DNA from: a virus
IMG/VR virus record: IMGVR_UViG_3300044701_003563
Strand: one strand, 5' to 3'
Length of the DNA stretch: 64,000 bases
In this document: one piece after another, positions 10,501-20,756 of the stretch
How positions within the stretch are numbered: the stretch's first letter is position 1
Layout of the letters: each line of letters opens with the position of its first letter
The notes under the pieces: generated by a model
What the model was told of the DNA's origin: nothing
The model's database searches: none
What the model saw: only the letters and a program-made list of their open reading frames with translations
Made by a program: the position numbers and the translations under genes

Positions 10501-13500
10501 TGCTCCCCATACTTGCCCAGAATCAGTTCCTACCCTTCCCTTAGGAAGTGGAAATGTTTTAGGTCCAGAAGGTTTATTTGATTTATCACCTGCATCAGCG
10601 TTGGATTCGGGTTTTTGGGGTTTTCCTGGTTTTATAGTTACATTTACTCCAAGAGATGGAACCTCAGCAACTGGTGGATTTTTTCTTCCGTATGCTATCG
10701 CAGCTGGTCCAGCAAAATAACCAAATCTGTGTCCATGTCTTACTATAAAACTATGTCCAGAAGAGGGCATACCAATACTTGTTGCCCAAAAATCTGTTCT
10801 TCCACCAATAAATTCTTTTGCAGATTGCTGCAATCCTGGATTCTTTATATTTTTAGATGCTTCTTCTACTATTTTTTTACCTCTTCCTTTACCATTTTTA
10901 TGAGACTCTACGGCTTTTATAGCACTTTCTTTATCAACAATTGCTGCCCATAATGCTGGGTTACTTTCATGAACAGGTGAATACTGTTTTGGTGCTATAA
11001 TATGTCCTTTAATAGTATTAGAAGATTGCCCAAAATTTAATTTTGATAATAATCTGTTATAAATTGACTGAGCAACATCTGCTTGTCCTTGAGGATTTCC
11101 ATTTTCAAGAGAAGCAATAGCAGCAAGAGCCCAAAAATCTGCTCCACCACCAGATACTTCAACACCTCTAGATCCAGCTCCAGCTCCAGATTTAATATCA
11201 CCAACAACTTCTGTCGCCGATGCTAAAGACATCTCTCGTAAAGTAGCACCGCTTGAGGTTACTTTAGTAGTTCCAGTAGAAGAATCTGTGGATGATCCTT
11301 TCTTTAATTGTTTAAAGTATCCTTTTATCATCTTGCGGAGTTTATTTCCTCCACTATTGTTTTGGTCAGATTGTTGAAGTTTATCTAAATCCCATCTCTG
11401 TGGTTTTCCAGAAAGAATTCCAGTACTAGTTCCAAATCTTTCCCATTCTCCATGAGTTCTTACATTAGAATCAATTGTAGATTCGTCCCATCCCCAAGCA
11501 ACTGCTAATCTTGCTGCTTCAAGTGCCATAGCACTTACTTGGGCAGATGTTGGGGGGTACTTTCCAAAATTATTTGGGCCCGTCCCTTCTCCACCCATTG
11601 CAGCAATAGAAAGACCTACCGAATTTGTATTTCCTCCTCCAGTATGCGTTCCCTTATCTTCACCATAAGGTGTGTATCTAACAGCACGACCATCCCCCAA
11701 AAATGTAGTGTGATAATTACTAAATGGAGTAGAATACGATCCTGCGGTCCAATGTAAAAATATTTTTCTACTTTTATTTCCTTTGCCGCCATTAAATCCA
11801 GATGTTGTTTTTACAGGAGCTCCTCCAGGTTGTCCATGGGGAGTATCATCGTAATTACCACCAGAATCATCTCCAGGTGTTACTTCAGCACCTCCACCAA
11901 AATTTGGATCACTTCCTCCACCACTACTTCCACCTCTAGAGTCATCAACACTTTTTTTAGAAATAGAAATTTTTGATCTTAAAATTTCTTTTCTAATATC
12001 AGTTAATGCATCATTTGCACCCTTTTCCATTATAACTGACAAAGTATCTGAAACTTCCTCTACAGACTTTTCAGTAAATCTTATGTTTGTAAAATCTTGA
12101 TTTACAGTTTCTGCAATTCCACCTGTTGCCAATCTCTGAACTTCTCCACCCACATCTGAAACAAGATTCAAAGATTTTGTAGTTGATAATTTTTGAGCTA
12201 GAAAAACAAGTCCTTTAGAAATTCTTGAATAAAAAGATTTGTCTGGTTTTTGTCCCATCGCAATATCAACTGAGATGCCCATCAATTCACCTACAAATGG
12301 AATTTTTTTGAAAGTAGATGAAGTATCTTTTAATGATTTTAAAGCACCACCAGATGGTCCATCTATAGTTGGCTCAGATTCTTGTGTTTGTTGAGGTTGT
12401 TCTTTACTTCCCCAAGTAAAAGGATTCCACCAAACCATTTGATTGTTTGATTTAATACCTTCAGTACTTCCTCCCCCAGTACCTTTCCCTGCTCCAGTTG
12501 GATCTGGGAAAAGTTTTGATATTTCATTATAACCACCAACATCTTTTCCTACTTGTGTTTCTTGTGGTTTTTGTCTTGTCGGTCTTATAACTCCACCGTT
12601 CTCATACTTTCTAATTATTCCACCAAGACTGTATCCAGCATTTGGAATTGTTGGTTCCTTTGGAACTGCTTTATTTGCCCCAGTAGCTTTATCTGCAATA
12701 CCACTTGCTGCCCATGCACCTGCACCAGCACCTATTGCCCCGCCTATTATACCACCTAAAACAGTTCCAAGACCTGGAATAATACTTCCTATTGCTGCTC
12801 CAACGACTGCCCCACCTTTGGCACCAGCAAGTGCTCCACCAACTCCAGCAGCAGTTCCAACTCCAGCTTGTAAATTACTTTGTCCAGATGCTTTTCTGCT
12901 GGTAAAATCCCATGCTGCCATTGCTACAGCAGCAATTGGTCCAGCAGCTTTACCTAAAAACTTTCCAGCTCCCTTTACAAATTGCCCACCACCTTTTCCA
13001 CCTACCTTTATCGCAAGTCTCGTAAGTGCTCTTCCACCACCCCTGGCAAAAATTCCTCCAGTTGCTTTATTTGCAAAAGATGAAACGCCTTTTGTTAACC
13101 TTTGAGCAACTTTTCCTCCTCCCTTTCCTCCTAGTTTTATTGCTATTCTTTTTATTGATCTACCGACTCCTCCCTTAAGAACACCCTTTGCCCCTCTCGC
13201 TGCTTGAGCACCTCCTTTTCCTTTGTTGCCTTTTTTAAGAAAATCAAAAATATCAAATCCCATATCACCAGCAAGCATTGCTGCCAATATGGTAAGATCA
13301 ATCATCCTATTAAATTTCTTCTCAAAGTCTTGAATTTCTTTATCAGTTCTTGCTCCCGATATTACTGCTAATGTTTTTGTTAAACCATTAACTAACCTTA
13401 TTCCACCAGCTACAAATTTAGTTAAAATATTTGCCAGTCCGCCAAAGACTTCCATGGCAAAATATGCTACTTGCATAATCTTGCCAAAAGTTTTTATAAG

Positions 13501-14034
13501 TGCGGGAACTAATGGAATAATTTTATCATATAACCAACCCAATGTAGTGAAGAAAATAAATCTCTTTACTATATCAAAAAGTGAAGTTTTTGGTAAAGAT
13601 TTAGAGAGATTTTCTTTTACATCAAACTTTTTGGGGGATTCTAATTTTTCTTCTTGCGATTTAAATCTTTCCCTTTCAGCATCCGTTCTTTTTTTGGATT
13701 GATTTTTTTTGAAAAATTCTAATTTATTTTTCAATAATAAATCAATTTTAATTACTTTTTTTTCGATCGATTGTACAATTTTTAAAATATCATTACTGGA
13801 AGAAGTTTTTTGGGGTGCTTCTTCTTTCTTTTTAAAAGCATCATAAACTCCACTAGCAAAATCAAACCCCTGAGAAATATTTCTCTTTGTCAATTTAGAA
13901 GAATTTTCGGTCGGAATTTTTTTTGTTTTTTGAGCTGTAGTAATTGCGCCAGTATTTTTAACTGTGTTTTTTCCCAAAAACTTGGAAGATTTTATTGCTG
14001 TGCCAGTTATTTTTACTAAAGCTCCTGCAGCCAT
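7576..14034 (-). CDS. Giant tape-measure-like virion protein with six putative peptidoglycan hydrolase domains
   Basis: Coiled-coil and Gly/Ala hydrophobic N-terminus, followed by amidase (IFLHWTAG..HGE), SleB-like, M23 (HAGVD..HLHF), M15-like (SNH.G.ALD..HFD), GH24 (YEG.RLEAY.D...TIGFG) and second M23-like motifs. Confidence 0.8.
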   Translation of the reverse strand: MAAGALVKITGTAIKSSKFLGKNTVKNTGAITTAQKTKKIPTENSSKLTKRNISQGFDFASGVYDAFKKKEEAPQKTSSSNDILKIVQSIEKKVIKIDLLLKNKLEFFKKNQSKKRTDAERERFKSQEEKLESPKKFDVKENLSKSLPKTSLFDIVKRFIFFTTLGWLYDKIIPLVPALIKTFGKIMQVAYFAMEVFGGLANILTKFVAGGIRLVNGLTKTLAVISGARTDKEIQDFEKKFNRMIDLTILAAMLAGDMGFDIFDFLKKGNKGKGGAQAARGAKGVLKGGVGRSIKRIAIKLGGKGGGKVAQRLTKGVSSFANKATGGIFARGGGRALTRLAIKVGGKGGGQFVKGAGKFLGKAAGPIAAVAMAAWDFTSRKASGQSNLQAGVGTAAGVGGALAGAKGGAVVGAAIGSIIPGLGTVLGGIIGGAIGAGAGAWAASGIADKATGANKAVPKEPTIPNAGYSLGGIIRKYENGGVIRPTRQKPQETQVGKDVGGYNEISKLFPDPTGAGKGTGGGSTEGIKSNNQMVWWNPFTWGSKEQPQQTQESEPTIDGPSGGALKSLKDTSSTFKKIPFVGELMGISVDIAMGQKPDKSFYSRISKGLVFLAQKLSTTKSLNLVSDVGGEVQRLATGGIAETVNQDFTNIRFTEKSVEEVSDTLSVIMEKGANDALTDIRKEILRSKISISKKSVDDSRGGSSGGGSDPNFGGGAEVTPGDDSGGNYDDTPHGQPGGAPVKTTSGFNGGKGNKSRKIFLHWTAGSYSTPFSNYHTTFLGDGRAVRYTPYGEDKGTHTGGGNTNSVGLSIAAMGGEGTGPNNFGKYPPTSAQVSAMALEAARLAVAWGWDESTIDSNVRTHGEWERFGTSTGILSGKPQRWDLDKLQQSDQNNSGGNKLRKMIKGYFKQLKKGSSTDSSTGTTKVTSSGATLREMSLASATEVVGDIKSGAGAGSRGVEVSGGGADFWALAAIASLENGNPQGQADVAQSIYNRLLSKLNFGQSSNTIKGHIIAPKQYSPVHESNPALWAAIVDKESAIKAVESHKNGKGRGKKIVEEASKNIKNPGLQQSAKEFIGGRTDFWATSIGMPSSGHSFIVRHGHRFGYFAGPAAIAYGRKNPPVAEVPSLGVNVTIKPGKPQKPESNADAGDKSNKPSGPKTFPLPKGRVGTDSGQVWGAPRSYGPHAGVDVVENPPYGDPKIPVVAYRSGKVINSTPDYPYQRSGYTSNLSIDHGGGLKVTYLHMTPGLKPGDTVQSGQKLGKLIPLGSAPDFMQTHLHFQAYQDNKLINPTNILKSAFHGSFVSKEGTYQLHEGEFVVDKDSVNLLGIDFFKSLNSIENKISLNKIAPDLISRIQETTRGGAYLSQHYPDEKHAEEIDSSNPSSSKETSSNLELAIKNEESKAEKEDEKEDEKEDDKNQRVKVIPASHPQTGRGFAIKGVTDGNGRPLILSKGGIKAFGEMMQDSKGAVKGSDVASGKRSVAHNRKVGGVPNSNHLGGNALDIHGTSEPWMRRHGKTYGWIVNDYPGSHGGHFDYKGDDKDSGGDTLATMSSDSTIDSVTDYSTSPSRGGGSGGGGGGGAPSGGGGGGGAPPGNDPVDIEAEPTETLIPGKPSKSKPGSKGEEDLTLDILGSYEGLRLEAYPDAIYGWGVPTIGFGATKINGRPVKAGDKITKEQAYALKKHDMERHKDRVVQQLGKESLDKLPAHVRIPLMSIAFNYGSLPSGVSERVKSGLAKGDYTELADYIENRLGRHDKGINQWRRSDEAKIIRTGKSGRLQGFDASPNAIAKLERDEKSKDGERPTEAGGDPGDIEKDQQIAGSTKDKRYGRLGVPNTDGQDTGADLELFGRRGEIGKSFGDNDKSGPYGNRGVEISFPYELVYLDKIPGGRNAGRKSIDVDGTQRRVYKGAEGSAGFGNVGSYFYKDPRTGKMFEVMMGHGNKPFKKFKNGEKIPAGTVVGWQGASGSSDSMQGGVYDHVSFHVNAVDGGDPGPIFDKFVNSLLGGEGARITARRREEKKAQAEIAKKKAKEEKKSPIAKAQKAGGNLVSSIASSVSSFFGFGNKSKKPSAAKPSGKPKIVKAQGGGQIGSSNIKEKQINKFADYENPFESGTVYYQEKIKYITVPQQNTSRGQMKVSSGAKPEQTDNSYNLRRQ

Positions 14035-14052
14035 TTTTCTTTAATTCCTCTG

Positions 14053-17000
14053 CTAAATGTGATTAATGAATCCTAAAGTATCCATAATTCGTTTTCTTTC
14101 AATTGCAGCACTTTTGTTTGTACAAATTGAATTAAATGCAACTTCTTGTTGCCCTTGGACTGCTCCTCCTGGTACTGATTGAGTGGGTAGGTTTTCGGTG
14201 ATGGGTGGCAATTTAATCATTGATGGTAATCCACCACCATTAGATGTATATGGTTTTATTTTATTCCCAACATTATTTGGTTTTACGCCAATTTTAGATG
14301 CAGCAGAATTTGAATCTGTTGATCCAACTATACTATCTAGGAAACCTTTACCAACTCTATCGACAGTATCTTTAGGAACTACATATTCTCCAGGTTGTAA
14401 AGCAGTTAGTTGTCTGTCTGCAGTTCCTCCTGGCATATTCATACCAGTATTTTCCATTATCATTCCCCTCGCAAAAAATGATGAAAAATCCTTTCCACTT
14501 CCAAATGCTTTCAATCCATAAGCATCTGCACTTCTCCCCTGTCTTTCTAAAGAATTTGCTCTCATGGCACGAAGTTCATCTGCCTGCTGTTGCATCAAGG
14601 ATTTTTTAACAGGTGCTAACAAAGTTGATGGAGAAGGTTGAATTGACTTTGGGGGAGAAGGAACAACCTGTGGCATTTGTGGTAATGTAGGTGCTATTGG
14701 AGCAGATTGTGGTTGTGGGAATGCTTGATTTCTTCTCCCTCCAAATAAATTAGTAAGTGGTGAAAATATATTTCTTGCCCTTTCACCTAAGGATCCAAGT
14801 CCAGATCCAAATTGCTGGAATGGTTGAATGCTATCTGGTCTTGATTGTGGTGTACTTAAATTAACTCCAAATTGAGAACCAAGCATAGACTCTAATTGAT
14901 TCTGATAATATTTTTCGGGATTTGCAATATTAACTCTACCTCCACCAAAATTAACTAATCCACCCCCTTGCATTCTAGCAGCCTTAGATGTAAGAGTATC
15001 TTTGTATAATCTACTCGTTTGCTTTTTATTTTTTTCATCAGAATCTTTTTTCTTATTTACTGGATCTTTTGCTGTAGAAATGTCCCAGATATCTTTTCCT
15101 AATAATGCTACATCAGATACCATAGATGCTGCTTCAGCAATTGCAGGAATTGCAGCACCAACTCCAGTCAATGACGCACCAGATGTTGCAAGTGTTGTTG
15201 CTCCAGATGCAGCACCAAATCCAGCTAAGGCAGCACCAAATTTATCACCCCTCTCTGCTCTTGCCGCAGCATCAGCAGCACTTGCAGCAACGCCTAAACC
15301 AGGAACCATTCTTCCACCAAACTTGCCAAATGCCCCACCAATTTTCATCATTTTTGGATTTTTTGCTATTCCAGATCCAATATTTGAAACTCGTTTAGGG
15401 ATTCCTCCAAAAAAATTTGCTGCAGATTTTAAATATTTTCCTTTTTCAAGTGATTCTTTTGTTGTTTTTACTCCAGAATTTATTCCAGATATTGTATCGG
15501 AAACATTTCCCCAAAATCCTTTCTTTTGATTTTCTGATGGAGATTTTTTTCCAGTAATAGTAGAAACTCCAGATTTTATACCTGAAGATTTGCTAGTAGT
15601 TTTTTTAATAGCTTTTCTAGCAATGTCTCTCTTTCTATTTTGTTGAAAAAACCCACCAATCCCTGACGTAATTTTTTTAATTATTCCACCACCAGCTTTC
15701 TGTTGAATCGGTGGAGGTGGGGCATCAGTAGTTGTTTTAATCGGCAAGTTTGTTGCAGAATCTATTGATGGAGGAGGTGGTGCTGAAGGTGTGGGAGTTG
15801 AAAGATTTAAATTACTTCCATAAGCCTTTTTAGGATCTACTTTTAACTTACTTGTATCAATTTTTGGCAAATTATAATTAGATGCTCTTACTCCCAATGC
15901 ACCCAATGTGTCACCTTGTCTATCAAGTGACCTTGCTCTCATTTCACGAAGTTCCCTTAAACTATCAGATATAGATTGCTTCTTAGGTTGCTGAACATTT
16001 AATTTTACATTTGGATTAAATGCCGTACTTACAAGGTTCTTATTTTGACTTGGTTTAAAATTATAATTTGTTTTTATTGGATTTATTTTCAATCCCAAAT
16101 CTGCACCAAATGGACCTCTATTCTTTGGAACATTTTTAGCAACAGGTTTGTTTGCGTTGAAAGATTTATTTCTATTAAAAATAAATTTATTATAAAAATC
16201 TAGAATTTTATCGTTGAAGTTTTTATTTGAATTTTCTAATTTAGATGCTCTCAGTCCATAAGCATCATTCGTTCTTCCCTGCCTTTCTAAGGAATCAGAT
16301 CTCATTCCATAAAGTTCTCTCAATATTTCCATTATATTTTTTGTTTTTCCAGAAGACAATCCACCACCTTGCTTCTTAACGATGCCACCACCTTGCTTTT
16401 TAACGATTCCACCACCTTGCTTGCCAACCCACCCTCTAGGATCTATTGCCCATCTTTTTGGTTTTGGTGCTGCAGGTTTTGGTGCTGCAGGTTTTGGTGC
16501 TGCAGATGCTGGAGGAGCAAAGAAATTTCCAATAGATGACATTGCCCTGGAAGCAATGTTCATTATTGGATTTCTTGGTGCTGGTGCTGCAGGTTTTGGT
16601 GCTGCTGGTGCAAAACCTTTGCCATAGTTTACACCACCAGATAATCCTTGAATTCTTCGTAGATTATCTTGAGTTTCGGCAAGATGATTATATCCACCAT
16701 TTATATTGTAAGTAAATGATTTGCTATCACCCTTTTTTGCCATATCGGCAAAATTAACACCAAATGTTTTCTCTCTATCTTCAAGATAATATAGTGTGGA
16801 TAATGCTTGAACTTTTGGATCTTTAGATAAAAGATCTGGATTTTTAATTACATCAACTCCCTTATGACCATTTCTTGCTAACCATTTATTAAATCCCTGA
16901 TAATTATCTCTTCCAGTTAATTGTATTGCTCCTCTTCCACGGAAATTATATGCATCATCTGCATTTTTATTTCCAATCATTCCAGAATAACCAGAAAAAT

Positions 17001-19815
17001 AATGATAACCTTCCTTTCCTTTCGGATCTCTTGGATCCGAATTGTACATTTCTTTAGCTCTACTAAAATTCTTAGATTCCACAAGTAACCTTGCGGTCAA
17101 TTGATCCATGAATTTTTTATCTCCCCAACCCTTCTCCTTAAATCTTCCACTTTGAAGCATTCTATAAAGAAGAGGGATTGACTGTGCTAATGTTGGATCA
17201 AATTTATGATCTGGATCACCAGACATTTTTTTTCCAAGATCTAATACCGAAGTTCCACCAACTATACCACCAGAAGCATATCCACCAACAATTCCTCCAT
17301 TGGAAAATCCAACCCCAGTTTTGGTTTTTATTTTATCAGAATCAACTTTATTTGGTTTTCTTCCCGATAACCATTCTGGAATATTGACTCCAAATTTTTG
17401 AAATATAGAAGTTTGATGTTCTGGAGTTAAAATTGCTTCTCCTTTTCTTACAGCAATTGTAGTATCTTCTCTATTCTTATTTCCGAGAAGACCCATTCCT
17501 CCACCCATCATTGAACCAAGTGGTCCACCAAATGCACCAATTCCACCACCACTTATTACTTTTGATAATACACTCTGATCTTTTTCAGTAAGAACTGCAT
17601 CACCAGTTTTTGCTTTTATGAGAGTATTATCTTTTCCAGCGCCAGTAATTGGAATTCCATTTGTCAAGTCTGTTCCAATCACGCCACCAGAAGCAAATCC
17701 TCCTGTTTTTGTCTGGGAATTTTGATTTTTTACTTGCTGTGAAATTAATGGACCAGACTTTTCTGCAATGATTGATGCAAGTCCTCCAATTCCACCTAAA
17801 GCAATAAATTTAGGATCTTGATTTAATCCAGTTGCTTTTGCTTGTTTTGAAAGTTTATCTAATTCTGATTGTATTTTTGGATTTTTAAGAATACCACCTT
17901 TTACTATATCCGATGCGCCTTTTAATCCAGATAGTCCAACTGTTAATGGTAAAGTGGATAATTTTACAGTATTTTTTATTCCACTTTTTACTAAATCTCC
18001 AGCTCCAGAAGCAACTTTCCCAAATCCCGAAAATGCTTTACCTGCCAATCCAGCAGCACTAGATACTGCCTTCCCTAAATTTTCTGCACCAAATTTTCCT
18101 GCTTTAAATGCTAATCCTAAAGGACTAAATTCAAGTGCTTTTTTAGATGCCTTTCCTCCAAGTTCTAAACCTTTGCCCAAATTTTCGGCACCAAATTTTC
18201 CTGCTTTTAGCAGTAATCCCAAAGGACTAAATTCAAGTGCTTTTTTAGATGCCTTTCCTCCAAGTTCTAAACCCTTACCTACTAATCCAGCACCGCCAGA
18301 TACTGCCTTTCCTAAATTTTCTGCACCAAATTTTCCCGATTGAAATGCTAATCCAAGTGGTGTATATTTTAAAGCTTCTAATAATGGGAAAGATTTTTTA
18401 TTTCTTTCTCCTACAACTCCACCAGATTCAAATTTAGGTACTGAAGATTTTTGATTTTTATCTTTCCCAAACGCACCGAATTGATTTGCTAACAAAGATA
18501 TTGGATTAAATTTAGATGCTTTTTTAGTAGCACTTAACCCAGCTTCTTTAATGCCATCAAAATTTTCTAAACCTTTTTTAGCTGCAAGGAATGGAAGATA
18601 TGCTGGTCCTCCAAGTAAAAGTTCAAGTGGAATAGGAAGTCCAAATTCTTTAACTTTTTTCTCAGAAGGAGAAGATTTTTCAGAACCAATTAATCCACCT
18701 TTAGCATATCCACTTGTAGAGGGTGTTTCTGGTTTTGGTATTGGAGCAGTTTCTTCCTTGCTTGGAGTATCTACTTCAGTGTTTTTATTTCCACCTAAGG
18801 CACGAGCTGCACCAGCAACAGCCAATCCACCCGCAGCAAGTAAAGCAAGTTTACCTTTACCTCCCATTTTTCCTATTAATGGAAGGAGTTTTTGGGCAAT
18901 AACTATGCCCATTTTAATAGTAAATCCAGCTAATTTACCAATAAGACCAGTAACTAATCTTCCTATTGAAGTTCCGAATGCCAGATAGGAACCAACTAAA
19001 AGAAGCCAATGATCTGAAAGAAATTTTACAATTGTGTTAAAAGTTTTTTGGTTTGCAGGATCACTAAACCATTTAATAAACATATTAAATGCTTTTCCAA
19101 GCAAAACCCATACTATAAAGTTTTTAATTCTGTCAAATATATCCTGGAGTGGAGATAATGCTTTAGAAGCTGCACCTATAATTGTCTTTAAACCTTTACC
19201 AAGTCCACCTTCTAATCGTTTTTCACTTTCTGATCTTCTTCCTCTCTCTCTACCTTTTCTATCTTCTTCAGAACTTTTTTGATCAAATTTAAATCCATCT
19301 TGAAGAGTTTTTAATATTGATCCTAAAGTCTTATCAATACTTTGTAACAATTTTATTAAAGAAATCCTTTCTCCCCTTTTTTCAGTAGGAGCAGAAATAT
19401 TTTCTTTTTTTGATTGTGGTAATAAATTTTGAGGGGGTTCTTTCTGTTCAAAAGAAGGTGGAAGTAAATTTTGTGCTGGCTTTATATTTGCAGCAGGGCT
19501 TTTTCTTTGCTTTTGAACAAAAGTACTTATTGAAGTTACTTTTGATGCGTTTACTTTTGTTTTATTTACTTTCTTTTTCTTTACACCAGTTGTAAATACT
19601 GTAGACTTATCTTCAGATTTTACTCTTTTTAATTCATCCGTAATTAATTTAGATTGATCTGAAGTATATTTTGTATCACTCATGCGAGCAGCAATAGATG
19701 CTTCTCTTAATGATCGAAAATAATCTTCCCAATTAAGTTCGTATTCATCTTGAAGACCCAGCAAGTCAATAAGATATTGATCTATTACTTGAGTTGCTGG
19801 GCTTTTAGAATCCAT
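14053..19815 (-). CDS. Giant tape-measure-like virion protein with GH19 (chitinase/lysozyme-like) domain
   Basis: FRGRGAIQLTGRDNY and INGGYNHL GH19 motifs at about 16670-17110; several internal repeats; lies next to gp51. Confidence 0.78.
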   Translation of the reverse strand: MDSKSPATQVIDQYLIDLLGLQDEYELNWEDYFRSLREASIAARMSDTKYTSDQSKLITDELKRVKSEDKSTVFTTGVKKKKVNKTKVNASKVTSISTFVQKQRKSPAANIKPAQNLLPPSFEQKEPPQNLLPQSKKENISAPTEKRGERISLIKLLQSIDKTLGSILKTLQDGFKFDQKSSEEDRKGRERGRRSESEKRLEGGLGKGLKTIIGAASKALSPLQDIFDRIKNFIVWVLLGKAFNMFIKWFSDPANQKTFNTIVKFLSDHWLLLVGSYLAFGTSIGRLVTGLIGKLAGFTIKMGIVIAQKLLPLIGKMGGKGKLALLAAGGLAVAGAARALGGNKNTEVDTPSKEETAPIPKPETPSTSGYAKGGLIGSEKSSPSEKKVKEFGLPIPLELLLGGPAYLPFLAAKKGLENFDGIKEAGLSATKKASKFNPISLLANQFGAFGKDKNQKSSVPKFESGGVVGERNKKSFPLLEALKYTPLGLAFQSGKFGAENLGKAVSGGAGLVGKGLELGGKASKKALEFSPLGLLLKAGKFGAENLGKGLELGGKASKKALEFSPLGLAFKAGKFGAENLGKAVSSAAGLAGKAFSGFGKVASGAGDLVKSGIKNTVKLSTLPLTVGLSGLKGASDIVKGGILKNPKIQSELDKLSKQAKATGLNQDPKFIALGGIGGLASIIAEKSGPLISQQVKNQNSQTKTGGFASGGVIGTDLTNGIPITGAGKDNTLIKAKTGDAVLTEKDQSVLSKVISGGGIGAFGGPLGSMMGGGMGLLGNKNREDTTIAVRKGEAILTPEHQTSIFQKFGVNIPEWLSGRKPNKVDSDKIKTKTGVGFSNGGIVGGYASGGIVGGTSVLDLGKKMSGDPDHKFDPTLAQSIPLLYRMLQSGRFKEKGWGDKKFMDQLTARLLVESKNFSRAKEMYNSDPRDPKGKEGYHYFSGYSGMIGNKNADDAYNFRGRGAIQLTGRDNYQGFNKWLARNGHKGVDVIKNPDLLSKDPKVQALSTLYYLEDREKTFGVNFADMAKKGDSKSFTYNINGGYNHLAETQDNLRRIQGLSGGVNYGKGFAPAAPKPAAPAPRNPIMNIASRAMSSIGNFFAPPASAAPKPAAPKPAAPKPKRWAIDPRGWVGKQGGGIVKKQGGGIVKKQGGGLSSGKTKNIMEILRELYGMRSDSLERQGRTNDAYGLRASKLENSNKNFNDKILDFYNKFIFNRNKSFNANKPVAKNVPKNRGPFGADLGLKINPIKTNYNFKPSQNKNLVSTAFNPNVKLNVQQPKKQSISDSLRELREMRARSLDRQGDTLGALGVRASNYNLPKIDTSKLKVDPKKAYGSNLNLSTPTPSAPPPPSIDSATNLPIKTTTDAPPPPIQQKAGGGIIKKITSGIGGFFQQNRKRDIARKAIKKTTSKSSGIKSGVSTITGKKSPSENQKKGFWGNVSDTISGINSGVKTTKESLEKGKYLKSAANFFGGIPKRVSNIGSGIAKNPKMMKIGGAFGKFGGRMVPGLGVAASAADAAARAERGDKFGAALAGFGAASGATTLATSGASLTGVGAAIPAIAEAASMVSDVALLGKDIWDISTAKDPVNKKKDSDEKNKKQTSRLYKDTLTSKAARMQGGGLVNFGGGRVNIANPEKYYQNQLESMLGSQFGVNLSTPQSRPDSIQPFQQFGSGLGSLGERARNIFSPLTNLFGGRRNQAFPQPQSAPIAPTLPQMPQVVPSPPKSIQPSPSTLLAPVKKSLMQQQADELRAMRANSLERQGRSADAYGLKAFGSGKDFSSFFARGMIMENTGMNMPGGTADRQLTALQPGEYVVPKDTVDRVGKGFLDSIVGSTDSNSAASKIGVKPNNVGNKIKPYTSNGGGLPSMIKLPPITENLPTQSVPGGAVQGQQEVAFNSICTNKSAAIERKRIMDTLGFINHI
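18060..18360 (-). repeat. Imperfect intragenic tandem repeat encoding PLGL...GKFGAENLGK (x3) and GLELGGKASKKALEF (x2)
   Basis: Directly visible in DNA and protein. Confidence 0.85.
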
Positions 19816-19990
19816 TTTTGTTTGCTGTCTTGCGTTTTAATTCTTCTTCTTCAAGATGCTCTTCTAACATCATAACATAGATGTCTCTTTCCCAAGGCAT
19901 CATATTTTCTATTTCAGTCAAAGAATATTTATGGAATTGGATTAAGGCAAAATTTAATCTATAATAATTTTCCAAATCCATATGAGACAT
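19805..19990 (-). CDS. gp51: Baseplate hub assembly protein gp51
   Basis: LENYY.LNFAL.QFHKYSLTEIENMMPWERDIYV; follows gp26. Confidence 0.85.
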   Translation of the reverse strand: MSHMDLENYYRLNFALIQFHKYSLTEIENMMPWERDIYVMMLEEHLEEEELKRKTANKNGF

Positions 19991-19992
19991 GC

Positions 19993-20715
19993 CTACGCGA
20001 AAAAAGCAGAAAGTCCCTCCAGAATGACTTCACTCTTAACTTTTGTGTTTGGATTTGTTATTTTTACCTTATGAGTCAATTTGGGCATAGTTTCAAAGAA
20101 TGTTTCAATTTGCTTAAATTGAACAGAATTCATTTGATCCAGGAAGTCTACAAGTTCTTTTTTAGTGACATCTGCAGAATCCCAAACCTCTTCTTCAGTG
20201 TAAATTTTATCGATGCATGAGGCAATCAATTCAAAAGATTGCTCCACATTATTGTCTTGAGAAAAATCAAAATTTGTTTTAATAAATTGATCCAAGGATG
20301 GATACTTCATTTCCATAGTAATAGAATCATCTACTTTGATTTTTGTAGTATGCTTTTCGTTTTTTTCAACTTCAATTTGATTGATGGGAATTTCAATAGG
20401 AACTTGCGTCACATTATCGTCTGGACAGATAATATTAACTTCAACGACTTCTCCTACAGACTTTCCTCTAATATTTAAAAACAAATATTCAATGTCAAAT
20501 GTCGGTAAAGATTCAACTTTTATACTTTTTGGAGATTCAATACAATTTTTAATTACTTGCTTCACTGCTGTAGTAATTTCTTTATTATCTTCAGATTCTA
20601 AAGCAAGAACTAAAAGCTTTTCTTCTCTAACCAAAAATGGTCTATATGAAACTTTTTGACCAGAAGAAGGTAAAGATAATTCGTATGATGGTGTAGAAAT
20701 TTTAGGTAATGGCAT
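19993..20715 (-). CDS. gp26: Baseplate hub subunit gp26
   Basis: MPLPKI.TP.YEL.LPS...YRPFLVREEK; FDIEYLFLNIRGKSVGE. Confidence 0.9.
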   Translation of the reverse strand: MPLPKISTPSYELSLPSSGQKVSYRPFLVREEKLLVLALESEDNKEITTAVKQVIKNCIESPKSIKVESLPTFDIEYLFLNIRGKSVGEVVEVNIICPDDNVTQVPIEIPINQIEVEKNEKHTTKIKVDDSITMEMKYPSLDQFIKTNFDFSQDNNVEQSFELIASCIDKIYTEEEVWDSADVTKKELVDFLDQMNSVQFKQIETFFETMPKLTHKVKITNPNTKVKSEVILEGLSAFFA

Positions 20716-20756
20716 AATTAGTTAAACCAATTCAGGCAATGTGTTTATTATATATA

